From: Mobula hypostoma
Taxonomy: Eukaryota
Length of the DNA: 64,000 bases
Assembly (NCBI RefSeq): GCF_963921235.1
Contig: NC_086108.1
Location: 69,070,001 to 69,134,000 of the forward strand
Direction: 5' to 3'
Position numbers and translations under genes: made by a program. Below, one piece after another: positions 1-12,509 of this stretch (the stretch's first letter is position 1; every line of letters starts with the position of its first letter). Under the pieces are notes generated by a model. That model had not been told where the DNA came from and did not search any database. It was given only the letters and a program-made list of their open reading frames with translations.

Positions 1-690
1 GTGCTGAGCACAAGAGCCAAAGAAGCAGGGGTCGATCACACCAGACAAGACCCAAGATGCAAACTGTGCAAGGAATCCGCTGAAACCATCCTGCACATAG
101 TAGCAGGGTGTAAAGTGCAGGGAGGGACAGCACACACTGAACGGCATAACCAAGTTTCAGGATTTGTGCACAGGAACATTTGGGCTGAGTATGGACTGGA
201 CACTCCCAAGTCCAAATGGGAAACTCCCGAGAAGGTAGTGGATAATGACAGAGCTAAGATCCCGTGGGACTTCTAAATACCGGCTGATAAGCAACCTGAC
301 ATAGTAATACTGGACAAGGAACAGAAGAAAGCAATAGTAATAGATGTGGCAATCCTGAATGACAGTAACATCAGGAAGGAAGAATATGAGAAGCTGGAGA
401 AATACCAGGGCTTGAAAGAGCAGATAGAAAGGATGAGGAAGGTTAAAGTCACAGTAACCCCGGTGGTGATAGGAGCACTTGGAGCTGTGACACCTCGAAT
501 GGGAGAGTGGCTCCAACATATCCCGGGAACAACATCTGAGATCTTGGTCCAGAAGAGTGCACTACTAGGAACAGCAAGGATACTGCGCTGAGCCCTCAAG
601 CCAAGCTCCCAGGCCTCAACCCCAGGTTGAGGGGAAAATACACATACACACCACCCATAAGGAGTGAGGGAAAAATTTTATATATATATG
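1..690 (+). mobile_element. 3' end of an RLE-type non-LTR retrotransposon (R4/Dong/Rex6-like), decayed
   Basis: CCHC finger CKLC..ETILHIVAGC, RHN motif, then (across a stop/frameshift) PDIVILDK..IDVAI..EKLEKY restriction-like endonuclease motifs; ends in a (TA)n run. Confidence 0.85.
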
Positions 691-691
691 T

Positions 692-1000
692 TGGCGCACG
701 GCCAGGTGGTTAAGGCGTTCGTCTAGTGATCTGAAGGTTGCTAGTTCGAGCCTTGGCTGAGGCAGTGTGTTATGTCCTTGAGCAAGGCACTTAACCACAT
801 ATTGCTCTGCGACGACACCGGTGCCAAGCTGTATGCATCCTAATGCCCTTCCCTCAGACAGCATCGGTGGCATGGAGAGGGGAGACTTGCTGCATGGACA
901 ACTGCCGGTCTTCCATACAACCTTACCCAGGCCTGTGGCCTGGAAACCTTCCAAGGCCAAGGCGCAAATCCATGGTCTCACGAGACTAACGGATACCTAT
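692..1000 (+). mobile_element. tRNA-derived CORE-type SINE
   Basis: A-box-like ggccaggtggttaagg, B-box-like agttcgagcc, CORE-like gtccttgagcaaggcacttaacc; flanked by TA/CA microsatellites. Confidence 0.7.
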
Positions 1001-1314
1001 GAATGATGATGAAATACACACACACACACATATATATATACCCAAATTGGGAATCTTCAAAGTTTGTTTAGTATGGGTGCTCAATGAAAAGGAAGCTGTT
1101 CTGCAAAGGGCCATACAAAATTCATTGTGGAACTGCTATTTACTACTAAAATTAAAATTATTTAGTAGCAGTTCCCATTTATAATGATAGTTATGAAACC
1201 TTTTTCTCCCTTTTAGTTTAGAATTAGCACCAAGTATGCTAAAACATCCAAGACCATAAACATTGCCTCCACAGAAACGGAGCTTTGCCTGAACCCAGCT
1301 GCTATCTATTTCTG

Positions 1315-1700
1315 GGCAATCCTTTAGGATCTGAGGATGGCTTACTTCCACTCTAGTTTGGTTGTTATGAAATGGCTAGTGAGGCCAATGTGGGAATCAA
1401 TGATCCCTCACAAATGGGGCAGGGTGGGCAGTTAAGAACTCTGTGAGACTCTTTGTTCCTTTTGTCACTTAAACGTCACTTTTGTGCCCACTGGTGCATG
1501 GCCCTGCAGTTCTTGACACTATCCCAAATGTTCCTTCTCCATTTGGAGCAGTTACAGGCCAGAGGTTCCTAGGAGTCAATGAGTTTGTTACACTGTACAA
1601 AGAAGAGTTGAGCAAATTTGAGCCTACTTCTCAACCTTCCAGCAATATCCTACCATAACAGATAATGAAATAGAGCACATGCTTCGGAATCTATACCTTC
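1315..1700 (-). mobile_element. Old RTE-clade LINE 3' remnant
   Basis: Minus strand reads a degenerate C-terminal ..SHIGLTSHF motif typical of RTE ORF ends. Confidence 0.5.
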
Positions 1701-2009
1701 TCATTAATGAGTTAAAGATATTGCTCAGCACTTTATTCATTACATATGGCAATGGTACCATGCAATTAATTTACTGTATCAGCTGTAGCTCCATAATATT
1801 TATAAGCAACGAGGTTCAGGAACATTGCTGAAGGAAATGGGAGCTGGAAAGGGAATATGTGACAGTGGTGGAATGGGGAGTGGGAGGGAAGTCAAGGGGC
1901 AAGTCAAGCTAAGCTGAACAAGGTTAAAATACTATAAAACTTCTTTTAAGTATAATGTATGCACTCCTCTGATAGGTGAACTTCATAATCAGTATCTAAG
2001 GGTACCTAA

Positions 2010-2795
2010 AGGAGGTCCATGAGCCAGTCCTCATCAGGTGTACAGGGTCAGTAATTTTACCTTCCTCAGATTCTCATTTCAGAGAATCTGTCCTGGGCCT
2101 AGCACATAAATGCAAGTAGGAAGAAAGCATGGTAGCACCTCTACTTCCTTAGAAGTTTGCAAAGATTCAGCATGACATCTAAAACCTTGACAAACTTCTA
2201 TAGATGTATGGTGGAGAGTATATTGAGTGGTTTCATTATGGCCTGGTATGGAAGCACCAATGCCCTTGAGTGAAATATCCTACAAAAAGTAGTGGATACA
2301 GCCCAGTCCATCACGGGTAAAGCCCTCCTCTCCACTGAGCACATCTACTCGAGCACTGGTGCAGGAAAGTGGCATCCAGGCCACGCATTCTTCCTACTGC
2401 TGCGGTCAGGAAGAAGGTACAGGAGCCTCAGGATTCAGATTCAGAGACAGTTATCACTCCTCAACCATCAGGCTCTTGAACCAGAGGGGGTAACTTCACT
2501 CGCCCCATCACTGAACTGTTTCCACAACCTATGGACTCACTTTCAAGGACTCTTTATCTCATGTTCTCAACACTTCTTGTTTATTTATTTATTATTATTA
2601 TTATTTTATTTCATTTTGTCTTTGCCTGTCTTGTTGTCTTTTGCATATTGGTTGTTCTTCGTTTTGTTGGGCATGGTCTTTCATTAATTCTACTGTGTTT
2701 TTTTTCAATTTACTGTATACGTTTGCAAGAAAATGAATCTCAGGGTTGTATATGGTGACATATATGTACTTTGATAATACACTGACTTTGAATGT
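2010..2795 (+). mobile_element. Rex1/Babar-like LINE 3' fragment
   Basis: Degenerate RT C-terminus (..SGRRYRSLR..); 3'UTR ending gtactttgataata..ctttga shared with copies near 11400 and 55070. Confidence 0.8.
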
Positions 2796-3039
2796 TGAAG
2801 TTTGGATTCAGGGGAGGAGGCAGTACAAGTAGGGACACAGCCACTCCAATAATAGAGTCCCAAACACATAATCACTATGTAACAACATGGTTACACTGTA
2901 TGCCACCACTGAAGCTAGTAAATTGAAATGCACTTGCGCTAGTATTGTCACAGATTTGGGCAGTTCCTTTTTGGCTTACTTTCCACCGTTTCTAAAACAT
3001 TCTGCTTCAGCTTCTAATACCTACAACTTTATAAAAACT

Positions 3040-4745
3040 TAAGAAACAGGAATAGAAGCTGGCCTATGCCCCTTGAACCTCAACTGCTGTTATATCTGAG
3101 TATTTGCTTCAACACCATTTTCTTAACTGATTCCCATAATCTTTGATTCTCTAGTCCAAAATCCTTTCATCTCAGTTTGAGTATACTTTCATTAACATCC
3201 ATAGTTCCCTTGTTGCCCTGAGACAAAAACTTCTTATTTCAGTCTTAATTGGGCAACTGCTCATCTTGAAACTCACCAACTGGGGGATGTATCTTCACAA
3301 TATCTACCCTGTCCAGCCCCTACAATACATTTTTATACAATCACCACTTATTCTTATCAAATCAAGAGAACAAGCCAAATTTACCCAATCATTTCTCTTA
3401 ATGTCAATGCCTATATCCTAGGAATTAATCTGGTAAACCTTTGTTGATTTGTTCCAGGGTAGCTATGGCCATTTTTAAACTAGGGTACCGAAACAATACA
3501 CAGTGCTCTTGATATGACTTTACTGAAACCCTGTTCAGTTGTCCCCTCTTCTCCTCACTACTATAAGGGAGGAGTTACAGGAGCCTGAAGACACACACAC
3601 AATGTCTTAGGAACAAGTTCTGTCCCTCTGCTATCAGATTTCTGAGTGATCCATGAGCTCAAGAACATTACATTACTATTTTGTACCATGTATTGATATT
3701 ATTGTTTATTGTAACTTATCTTAATTGTTTTATGTCTTGCATTGTACTGTGCCCCAAAACAACAAATTTCATGACACATGTCAGTGATAATAAACAAATG
3801 AATCTCTCTGAAGCTCAACATTGATTAGTCTTGCACCATTTAATCAATATCTCGCTTTTCTATTTTTCTTGCCAATGTGGCTAGCCTCTCATTTTCCCAC
3901 ATTATATTCCATCTACCATTTACTGACTCACATATTTAATGTCTCCCTTACAGACTTCATGTTTCCTCAGAAATAATAATTTCAATTCTCATTGTATTGT
4001 CAGAACACTACCGTATGTTCCTTCCTACATTTGCTAATAACACGAACATAGGTGGGAGAACATCAAAGGACACGGTATCAAAGGTTACGTGGAGAAGGCT
4101 AGGGAGTGGGGCTGAGGAGGGGAGAAAAGGACCAGCCATGATTGAATGGCAGAGCTGACTTGATGGGCCAAATGGCCTAAAGATCATATGGTCTTATGGG
4201 CATGTTGCGATGGAGGTATTTGGACTCTGTAATAGGATATAGGTAATTTAAGAGGGTGGACAAAAGTTTGGTAAATGGGGTTTAATGTAGAAAAGTGTGA
4301 GGTCAGGCATTTCCACAGGAGGAATCAAAAGGCAGGCATTCATCTCAATGAAAGAGAAAACAGTGGAGCACAGAGGTTCAAATGTATGAAACATAAAATG
4401 TTGGTATGCAGGAACAGCATGTAGTCAGGAAGGCAAATGCAATATTGGCATTTATTGCAATTTTAGAAAAGGGGTAGTACTATTACATTGGAACACGGTG
4501 CAGTGAGGCCACACTTGGAGTACTGTACACAGTTTTGGTCCTCTTATTTAAAAAAAAGTACTGTGATTTGAGACCGTCCAGAAAAGACTCATTGGGCTAA
4601 TACCTAAGGTGAGAAGTTTGCCCTATCATAAATAGTAAAAAAGTTAGATCTGTATTCTTTGGAGTTTGGAAAAATGAGGTGTGATTCTGCTGAAATATAT
4701 AAAACCCTCAATGGGCATGATACAGTTGATGTTTCCACTAGTGGG
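3040..4745. mobile_element. Cluster of decayed CR1 fragments (both strands) plus a Rex-type 3'UTR (~3540-3800)
   Basis: CR1 RT C-terminal motifs (RPHLEYC.QFWS at ~4505, MFPLVG at ~4730) and CR1 tail tatggtcttatgg. Confidence 0.7.
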
Positions 4746-4866
4746 TGGGCAGGGACACTCTATTTGGCAGGGGAGACTTGTGGTTGTGAAACAATCACAG
4801 GTTCTGGGGTCCCCTCCATGGTGGTTGTGGGAGTTGACTCTGGGACTGCAGGAAGTGGTTCTGACT

Positions 4867-5006
4867 CAAACACGAGGAAATCTGCAGATGCTAGAAATTC
4901 AAGCAACACACATAAAAAATGCTAGTGAAGGCAGCAGGCCAGGCAGCATCTATAGGAAGAGGTACAGTTGACGTTTCGGGCCGAGACCCTTCGTCAGGGC
5001 TAGTCA
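4867..5006 (-). mobile_element. Penelope-like solo pseudo-LTR fragment with hammerhead core
   Basis: Similar to 11707-11819; 10-bp TSD ggttctgact at 4857-4866 and 5007-5016; minus strand CTGACGA..GAAACGTC. Confidence 0.85.
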
Positions 5007-6024
5007 GGTTCTGACTAGTGGTTGATGATCAGTAATGAGGGTAAATTCTCTCCCATGCGAGGACTGGTTGAAATGTTTTACACGTCAAATGAGACTGAAG
5101 GCCTGTCTGTTGATCTGTGCATAACTTTTTTCCGCACCTGTAAGGGAATTTGATACAAAGGCTGCATCTACAGTATGCCATAAGGCAAGGCATCACAGGC
5201 AAGCTTTATTGGACATTGTGGATCTTCATGTGTGAGTACAGTGTATGATGTCACCATTTCCTATACCTTTTGGAAAACCACCTCACACAGCTTTGTCCAT
5301 TGCCTTTTTTCCCCAATCTGTAGTAATGAGTTCAAGGGGCGGAGCACAGCAGCCAAGTTGGCAGAAACCTGTTATAGTAATTGACAAATACTCAAAAGGA
5401 CCGTAACTGTGACACGTCCTTTGGCCTTAGGGCATCCACCACTACTTGAATTTTCTAAGCACACTTGCTTTATCTTGTGTGTCAATGGTGTGACCACAGT
5501 AAGTGATGCTTGGTTTATAGAATTCACATTTGTTACATTATGCTCTGAACCCATAGCTTTCCAATCTTTTTAACACTGTTTTGAAATTTTAGAGATGTGC
5601 CTTGTCATTCTTACCAGTGACAATGATGTCATCCAGATAACAGTGAGTGCCTGGGCAGCCTTGCAGTACCTGGTCCATTACTTTCTGCCAGAGTGCAGGT
5701 GCAGTTGTTACTCCAAAAATAAGTCCATTATAGCAGCAAAATCCTTTGTGAGTGTTTATGTGAGAAACACTTTGGACTCTGCTTCCATCTCCATCTGTAG
5801 ACAGGCCTCACTAAATCCACATTGCTGAAGTGCTTCCCTCCAGAAAGCTTTGCAAAGACATCCTCTATCTTGGGCGGAGGGTATTGATCTACTTTCAGTA
5901 CTGAGTTGATAGTGACCTTAATATCACCACAGATCCTGACAGACCCATTCTTCTTGATTACTGGGACCACTCACATTACCCTTGGGCTCCACTCAACCTT
6001 GGAAAGAATTCATTCATCTGCCAT

Positions 6025-6980
6025 TGTCATGGTCCAGTCCGTGAAGTCCGCATTCCGGTTCACAGTACGGTCCATCGACCCTTGCTCCAGGTTTTCCTGT
6101 CTACCCTGTTTCTGTTACTGTTGAGCACTAATTGAGGCAGCTGATTCTCATTGGGGCTGGCTGCATAAATACCTCCAGAGATCAGGGCATGGCTGCTGGA
6201 TTGTTCTTGTCCTTACCCCTTGTATCCCTTCCCCTGCCTTCTGTTTACTCGCCTTGCATTGCCTGAAGCCTTGCCTTGTCTTGCTGGTAACTCTCGCTTC
6301 GTCTCGCCTGAAGTCTTGTCTTGGAGCCACCCTGTACCTAGCTCCCTTCCTGTCCCTTGCCTCCATCAGGTAAACCAGGCCAGATTGCAGTTATCCTACG
6401 GTGGGTCCTGTCCCTTCCTGTCCCTTGCCTCCATCGGGTAAGTCAGGCCAGATTGCCATTACCCTGCAGTTGGTTCTCTCCCTTCCTGTCCCTTGCCCCC
6501 GTTGCATAAGCCAGGCCAGATTGCCGTTACCCTGCAGTGGGTCCTGTCCCTTCCTGTCCCTTGCCTCCATCGGGTGGAGATCTGTGCCCTGCCCAGGTGA
6601 TCCGCGCCTTGCCCAGGAGCACCGCACCCTGCCCAGGAGGAGCTTCAAGACCCCAAGCCTCAAGTCTCTAGTCTCAAGTCTCTGGTCTCCTGCCTCGCCT
6701 CAAGTCTCAAGCCTGAAGACTCCAGCCTCGTCCTGCCTGCCAGCCAAGTCACATATTGCCTAGTTCTGGGGTCCAAGCCAGAGGCAAAACCCATGTTCTG
6801 GGTCCTTGTCCAGTCTCTGGCTTGGAGTTCAAGCCCTGGCTCCTAGCTCTCTTGTCCTGTTCTGGGTTCCTGGTTTTCATGTCCATGTCCTGGCCCTCAC
6901 CCTGTATCCTAGTCCTGTCCCTAGTACTACAGTGTCTGTGTTCTGCACTTGGGTCCGTTCCCAGACACCTCAGTACGACA
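6025..6980 (+). mobile_element. Solo LTR (956 bp) with internal tandem repeats, inserted in Gypsy pol
   Basis: TGTCA...CGACA termini, 5-bp TSD gccat (6020-6024, 6981-6985); repeated ccaggccagattgc and cctgtcccttgcc units ~6340-6580; strand tentative. Confidence 0.85.
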
Positions 6981-8711
6981 GCCATGCTATCTGGCTCACT
7001 TTTTACTTTATCATGGATGGTATGAGGAACCAGATGGGCTTTGTAAAGCTTGGGTGTGGCATTTTCATTTAATGCTAGTTTACCCTTTATATATTTTAGT
7101 TTTCCAATGCCATCTATGAACACTGTTGTGCCATTATCCAGTATCTTTCTTAATTCACTTCCAGTTGACTCCGTTGCAGGGGGTGGGGCATGCAAATTGT
7201 GGATGAATATCCAATCAAGTTGTAGTTGTCTCGGCCAATCACGTCCTCACAATGCCGGCCCTCCTGTTTTTACCACATATAAGCCCAATATGGCATTTCA
7301 CTGTTACGAATGCAATTCCCACAGGAATTGTCTTTTCTCCAGTATAAGTTCTGTAGGCTTCAGTCCAGCATCTTTGAAGTGCTTTTCAAACTCATTTTGT
7401 ACAATGACTGCAACAGCCAAGGTAATGTCCAATTCAATTTTAATTAATTTACTGTTCACTTCTGGTGTAAGCTATATTGCTCGTCTATTATTAGTTTTCA
7501 CATTGTAAATCTTAAGGCTACCTAGAGCTGAGTCACTCTCACCACTATCAGAGATTTCTTCAACATCATGCATATTAGTGCTCCTTTTGAAACTGCCACT
7601 TGATTTTTTTATCTTTTTCTCTTCCTTGCACAGTCTATTTATTTTTGTCTGTCCAACATGCTCCTTGCATGTGTCCTAGTTGGTTGAATTTTCTCTAAGT
7701 TTTGCCTTTAAATCTACATTGGTCTGGTATATGTGAGTATTTACCATAATGGTAACACAATCTGTTCACTCTGATTAGATGATGCAAGTTTGTTCATGCT
7801 CACTTTCATTCCTGGCTGCAACTTGCATGTCTCTGGTTGCTGTTTGTACAGCAATTCCAGCTGCTCTTTTAAATATGAGTTGTGCTTCAGTTAGGGGTAA
7901 TTCTTGAATGTTTTCTTGTAAGATTCCACAAACTAAATGATCACTCGGTGCATCATTAAGCTCATTACTGAAATGACAATGCTCAGCAAATCTCTTCAAT
8001 TTTGCCATGAACACTGAAATGGACTGACCTTCCTTTGTATTCACTTATGAAATCTAAAGCATTCTGCAATCAACAATGGTTTCAGTTCTAAGTGTTCCTG
8101 TATTACTTTCACAATATCAGCAAAGTTCATTTTGGCTGGTTTGGTTAGAGTAGTCAAACTTCTCAGCAAACTGTGTGCATTCCTATCTATTACATTCAGC
8201 AAAACTGGCATTTGCTTTTCATTGGCTATGTCATTTGCTTCAAAATGCTGCCCAATTCATTCAGTGTACAAAGTCCAGTTACCTGTTGTGAAATTGAATG
8301 TGACGTCACCAGTCATTTCTGCTTTTTTTCCCTATTATTACCTCCTGGTACTCACTGTTAATGAACCCATGAAGTTCGTCCGTTCTTGTCGTTTTTATTA
8401 ACACCAGCATTTTCTCTTGCAAAGAAAATAAATTTGTTGCATTTTTTAAAAACTTGAACATCTCATTGCACTTTTTAAAACTCAAACGTCTTGTTGCACT
8501 TCAATAGGTCAGCTTGTGTTCATTTTAATATTTAATTGTTGCCACTATTATGTTTTGTAACTCCAAAACTAACGGAAAGAAAAATACGGGAAAACCAGGG
8601 ATAAACATTTTGTTTTTATTTTAAGTGAGGCATACAATTATGATGTGGTGGCATAATGACATATGCCATTCAGGTACTTTTAAATATAACACATAATGAA
8701 TTATTTAAACA

Positions 8712-9030
8712 AAGAGTCTAGCACCAGGGGTGCGCAGCCTCAGAATAATGGTGAATTTAGTACAGAGATGAGGAGGAATTTCTTTAGCCAGAGTTCAGGA
8801 ATTCTGTGGAATTCACTACCACTGATGGTTGTGGAGGCCAAGTCCTTGAGTATAATTAAAGTGGAGGTTGATGGGCTCCTGATTATTCAGGGTCCCAAAG
8901 GTTATAGGGAGAAGGTAGGAGAATGGGATTGAGAGCGATAATAAATCAGTCATAAAGGAATGGCAGAGCAGACTCAATGGGCTGAATAGACTAATTCTGC
9001 TCCAGTACCTTATGGTATTATGATCTTATG
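8712..9030 (+). mobile_element. CR1 3' fragment
   Basis: ESSTRG..EMRRNFFSQ..LWNSLP motif and CR1 tail. Confidence 0.85.
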
Positions 9031-9499
9031 ATTTTGTATGGGTCCCTTTATTACCATACTAATAATGGACTTCTGCCTTTTCCCAATGCAGATGTGAGAC
9101 TAACCTCCTTGGAGTTCCTTGTTCTCCTTCTTTTCCTTCATCCTTTTAATAGCAGCATTGTACTTATAGTTTTCTGGTCTACTAGGATCTTTCTAAAAAC
9201 TTCAGTATGAATGCGCCCCGTCAGCTATACGAGGAGAGCCCAACATTATTCTATATTGCAAAAGCCAGAACTAACCACCCAATATAGGTCTGCGCCAGAC
9301 TCCACAATGGAAGAAAAAACATTGTCAAGTAGACAGAGATCTTGGGTTCAGTGGATGATTTGTCTAATGTTTAAAATAAAATGATCACAAAATGCAACCA
9401 GGCTGTAAAAAATGCTTTCTTCACTGGGATATTAGTATTGCATATGTAGAACCTTGAAGTTGTAGATGAGTACATTCCCACAAAATCATTCAGCCTTCC

Positions 9500-11420
9500 C
9501 CAACCAGAAGCCTTTGATGAACTACCAGATCCACAATCTGCTGAGGGGCAGATCAGTGGCTTTCAGGTCTGGAGGCCAAGTAAGAGGTCCAGGTATGATC
9601 TCTGGAAAGCCATCTCACAGGCAAAGTGGCAATTCCAGACTAAATTTCAATCAATGAATGACATTCAACATCTGTGGCAAGGCTTGAATGCTATTACCTC
9701 TTACAAAGTGAAATCAAGTGAGATAGATGGCAGCAGGGCTTTACTTCCAGATGAGCTCAAAGCCTTCTACGCTCGCTTGACTGTCAAAAGATGGATTCAT
9801 GAATTCCCACCCCGACGACCCTGAGATTTCCCTGCTGACATGACAGCACCCTTCAGGAGGGCGAACCCATGGAAAGTCTCCAGTCCAGATGGGGTACCAG
9901 TGCTGATCAACTGGTTAGATATCTTTAACCTCTTGCTTCGGCAATCTGAGGTACCCACCTGCTTCAAGCAGCCTTCAATCCTACCATTGTCTCAAAAGCA
10001 CAATTGTTCGGTAGCACTTATATCCACTGTGATGAAGTGTATTGAGAGGTTAGTGATAAAGCACATAAACTCCTACCTGAGAGGTGACTTGGATCCACAG
10101 CAATTTGCATACTGGCACAACAGGTCCACAGCTGATACCATTTCCATAAGACAAAGGAGCAGAAGTTGGCCATTCGGCCCATCGAGTCTGCTCCGCCATT
10201 TCATTGGCTCTTCAGTCAACTCTGGAACATCTGGACAGCAAAGATGCACACATCAGGATACTCTTTATGAACTACAGCTTGGCATTCAATACTGCTATCC
10301 CTTCAAAGCTAATCAATAAGCTTCAATACCTCCTTGTGCAATTGGATCCTCGATTTCCGCACTTACCAACCCCAGTCAGTTCAGACTGGCAACAACATCT
10401 CTTCCTTAGTCACCATCAGCACAGGTGCACCACAAGGCTGTGTGCTTAGTCCCCTGATCTACTCTCTTTACACTTATGATTTTGAGGCTAAGCACAACTC
10501 TAATGCCATACTTAAGTTTGCTGATGACAACACTGCTGTTAGCCAAATCAAGGGTGGTGATCAATCAAATTATAGGAGGGAGATTGAAAATCTGGCTGAG
10601 TCACAACAACAACCCCTCTTTTAATGTCAGCAAGACCAAGGAGCTAATTATTGATTTCAGGAGGAGGAAACCAGAGGTCCATGAGCCATTGGGGGATCAA
10701 AGGTGGAGAGTGTTAGAAATTTTAAATTTCTCGGTGTTATTATTTCCGAGGACCTGTCCTGGGCCCAGCATGTGAGTGCTATCCTGAAGAAAGGACAGCA
10801 GCACCTCTACTTCCTTGGGAGTTTGCAAAGGTTCAGCATGTCATCTTAAACTTCAACAAACTTCTAGAGGTGTGTGGTGCACAGAATATTGACTGGTTTT
10901 ATCATAACCTGGTATGGAAACACCAATTGCCAATTGAATGGAAATCCTATAAAAAGTAGTGGTTACAGCCCTGGCCATTATGGGTAAAGCCCTCCCCGCC
11001 ATTGAGCATATCTTCACAAACCGCAGTTACTCATCATCAGGAACCCCCGCCATCAAGAATAAGGTACAGAAGCTTCAGGACTCACACCACCAGATTCAGG
11101 AACAGTTATTACCCCTCAACCAGTGGGGATAACTTCACTCAACTCTTCCCACAGCCTATGGACTCACTTTCAAGGACTCTTCATCTTGATATTTCTTGCT
11201 TATTTATTATTATTATTATTATTATTATTTGTTTTATTCTTTATATTTGCACAGTTTGTTGTCTTTTGCACATTGGTTGTTTGTTTGCCCTTTTGGGTGT
11301 GATCTTTCATTGATTCTATTATAGTTCTTGGATTTACTGAGTATGCCTGCAAAAAATAAATCTCAAGATTGTACATAGTGACATATATGTACTTTGACAA
11401 TAAATTTACTTTTAACTTTG
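9500..11420 (+). mobile_element. Rex1/Babar-like LINE, 5'-truncated, decayed RT
   Basis: [41 protein letters not shown]; 3'UTR with aataaa. Confidence 0.9.
10145..10195 (-). mobile_element. 51-bp CR1 tail inserted in the Rex-like RT
   Basis: cataagacaaaggagcagaa..ggccattcggccc CR1 3' end; ccatttc direct repeat at 10138-10144 and 10196-10202. Confidence 0.7.
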
Positions 11421-11706
11421 AAACTTAGAAAGCATAATGATTTTATTACACAATCACCAGCCTGAAGATAGAAAGATTCCAGGTGGAATAAATTTACTGA
11501 AATTTATTCTTCGGGGATTCTGGAGGCTTTACCAAATCTACAAAATATTTTTTGATTCATGCTCTTTATTTGATTATTTTTGTTCCAAGTAGGATGTACT
11601 ATGTATGGTACAGCAGTTGTGGCTGTTACCTGTCAGCTCCAGGACCAAGAACAATGTACGTTTCCCCTGGAGGAACACAGCTTCCTCCCAGATTCCAAGG
11701 AAAGGC

Positions 11707-12509
11707 AAACAACAGGAATTCTGCAGATGCTGGAAATTCAAGCAACATACATCAAAGTTGCTGGTGAACGCAGCAGGCCAAGCAGCATCTATAGGAAGAG
11801 GCGCAGTCGACGTTTCAGGGACGCAGTATATCGCGTCCGGTGCTCCCGATGTGGCCTTTTATATATTGGTGAGACCCGACGCAGACTGGGAGACGGCTTT
11901 GCTGAACATCTACACTCTGTCCGCCAGAGAAAGCAGGATCTCCCAGTGGCCACACATTTTAATTCCACATCCCATTCCCATTCTGACATGTCTATCCACG
12001 GCCTCCTCTACTGTAAAGATGAAGCCACACTCAGGTTGGAGGAACAACACCTTATATTCCGTCTGGGTAGCCTCCAACCTGATGGCACGAACATCGACTT
12101 CTCTAACTTCCACTAAGGCCCCACCTCCCCCTCGTACCCCATCTGTTACTCATTTTTATGCACACATTCTTTCACTCACTCTCCTTTTTCTCCCTCTGTC
12201 CCTCTGAATATACCTCTTGCCCATCCTCTGGGTCAAACCCCCCCCCCTTGTCTTTCTTCCCGGACCTCCTGTCCCATGATCCTCTCGTATCCCCTTTTGC
12301 CTATCACCTGTCCAGCTCTCAGCTCCATCCCTCCCCCTCCTGTCTTCTCCTATCATTTTGCATCTCCCCCTCCCCCTCCAGCTTTCAAATCCCTTACTCA
12401 CTCTTCCTTCAGTTAGTCCTGACGAAGGGTCTCGGCCTGAAACGTCGACTGCGCCTCTTCCTATAGATGCTGCTTGGCCTGCTGCGTTCACCAGCAACTT
12501 TGATGTATG
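11707..12509 (+). mobile_element. Penelope-like element, 5'-truncated: inverted pLTR + GIY-YIG endonuclease C-terminus + pLTR
   Basis: VYRVRCSRCGLLYIGETRRRLGDGFAEH..LEEQHLIFRLGSLQPDGTNIDF; 14-bp TSD ttccaaggaaaggc (11693-11706, 12510-12523); 76-bp perfect inverted repeat. Confidence 0.95.
12414..12451 (+). ncRNA. Minimal type I hammerhead ribozyme motif in the Penelope pLTR
   Basis: tagtc-CTGACGA-agggtctcggcct-GAAA-CG-TC-gactg: conserved core, helix I agtc/gact, palindromic ACGT in place of helix III; activity untested. Confidence 0.75.

Larger units (their letters stand above)
4746..8711 (-). mobile_element. Decayed, internally deleted Gypsy LTR retrotransposon (gag, protease, RT start, partial 5' LTR ~8546-8711)
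   Basis: gag relic (EGQSISVFMAKLKRFAEHCHF..DHLVCGI), RT N-terminus VPVIKKNGSVRICGD..QYP.PKIEDVFAKLSGG, PBS-like TGGCAACA next to the LTR at ~8537-8544. Confidence 0.85.

Noticed and set aside
692..770. tRNA gene
   Set aside because: The tRNA-like head continues into a SINE body; no complete cloverleaf or terminator seen
6340..6720. CRISPR-like array
   Set aside because: No unique spacers, eukaryotic context; tandem repeats inside an LTR
11580..12116. 178-aa ORF as a novel nuclease gene
   Set aside because: Chance fusion of flank, inverted pLTR and a truncated Penelope GIY-YIG domain
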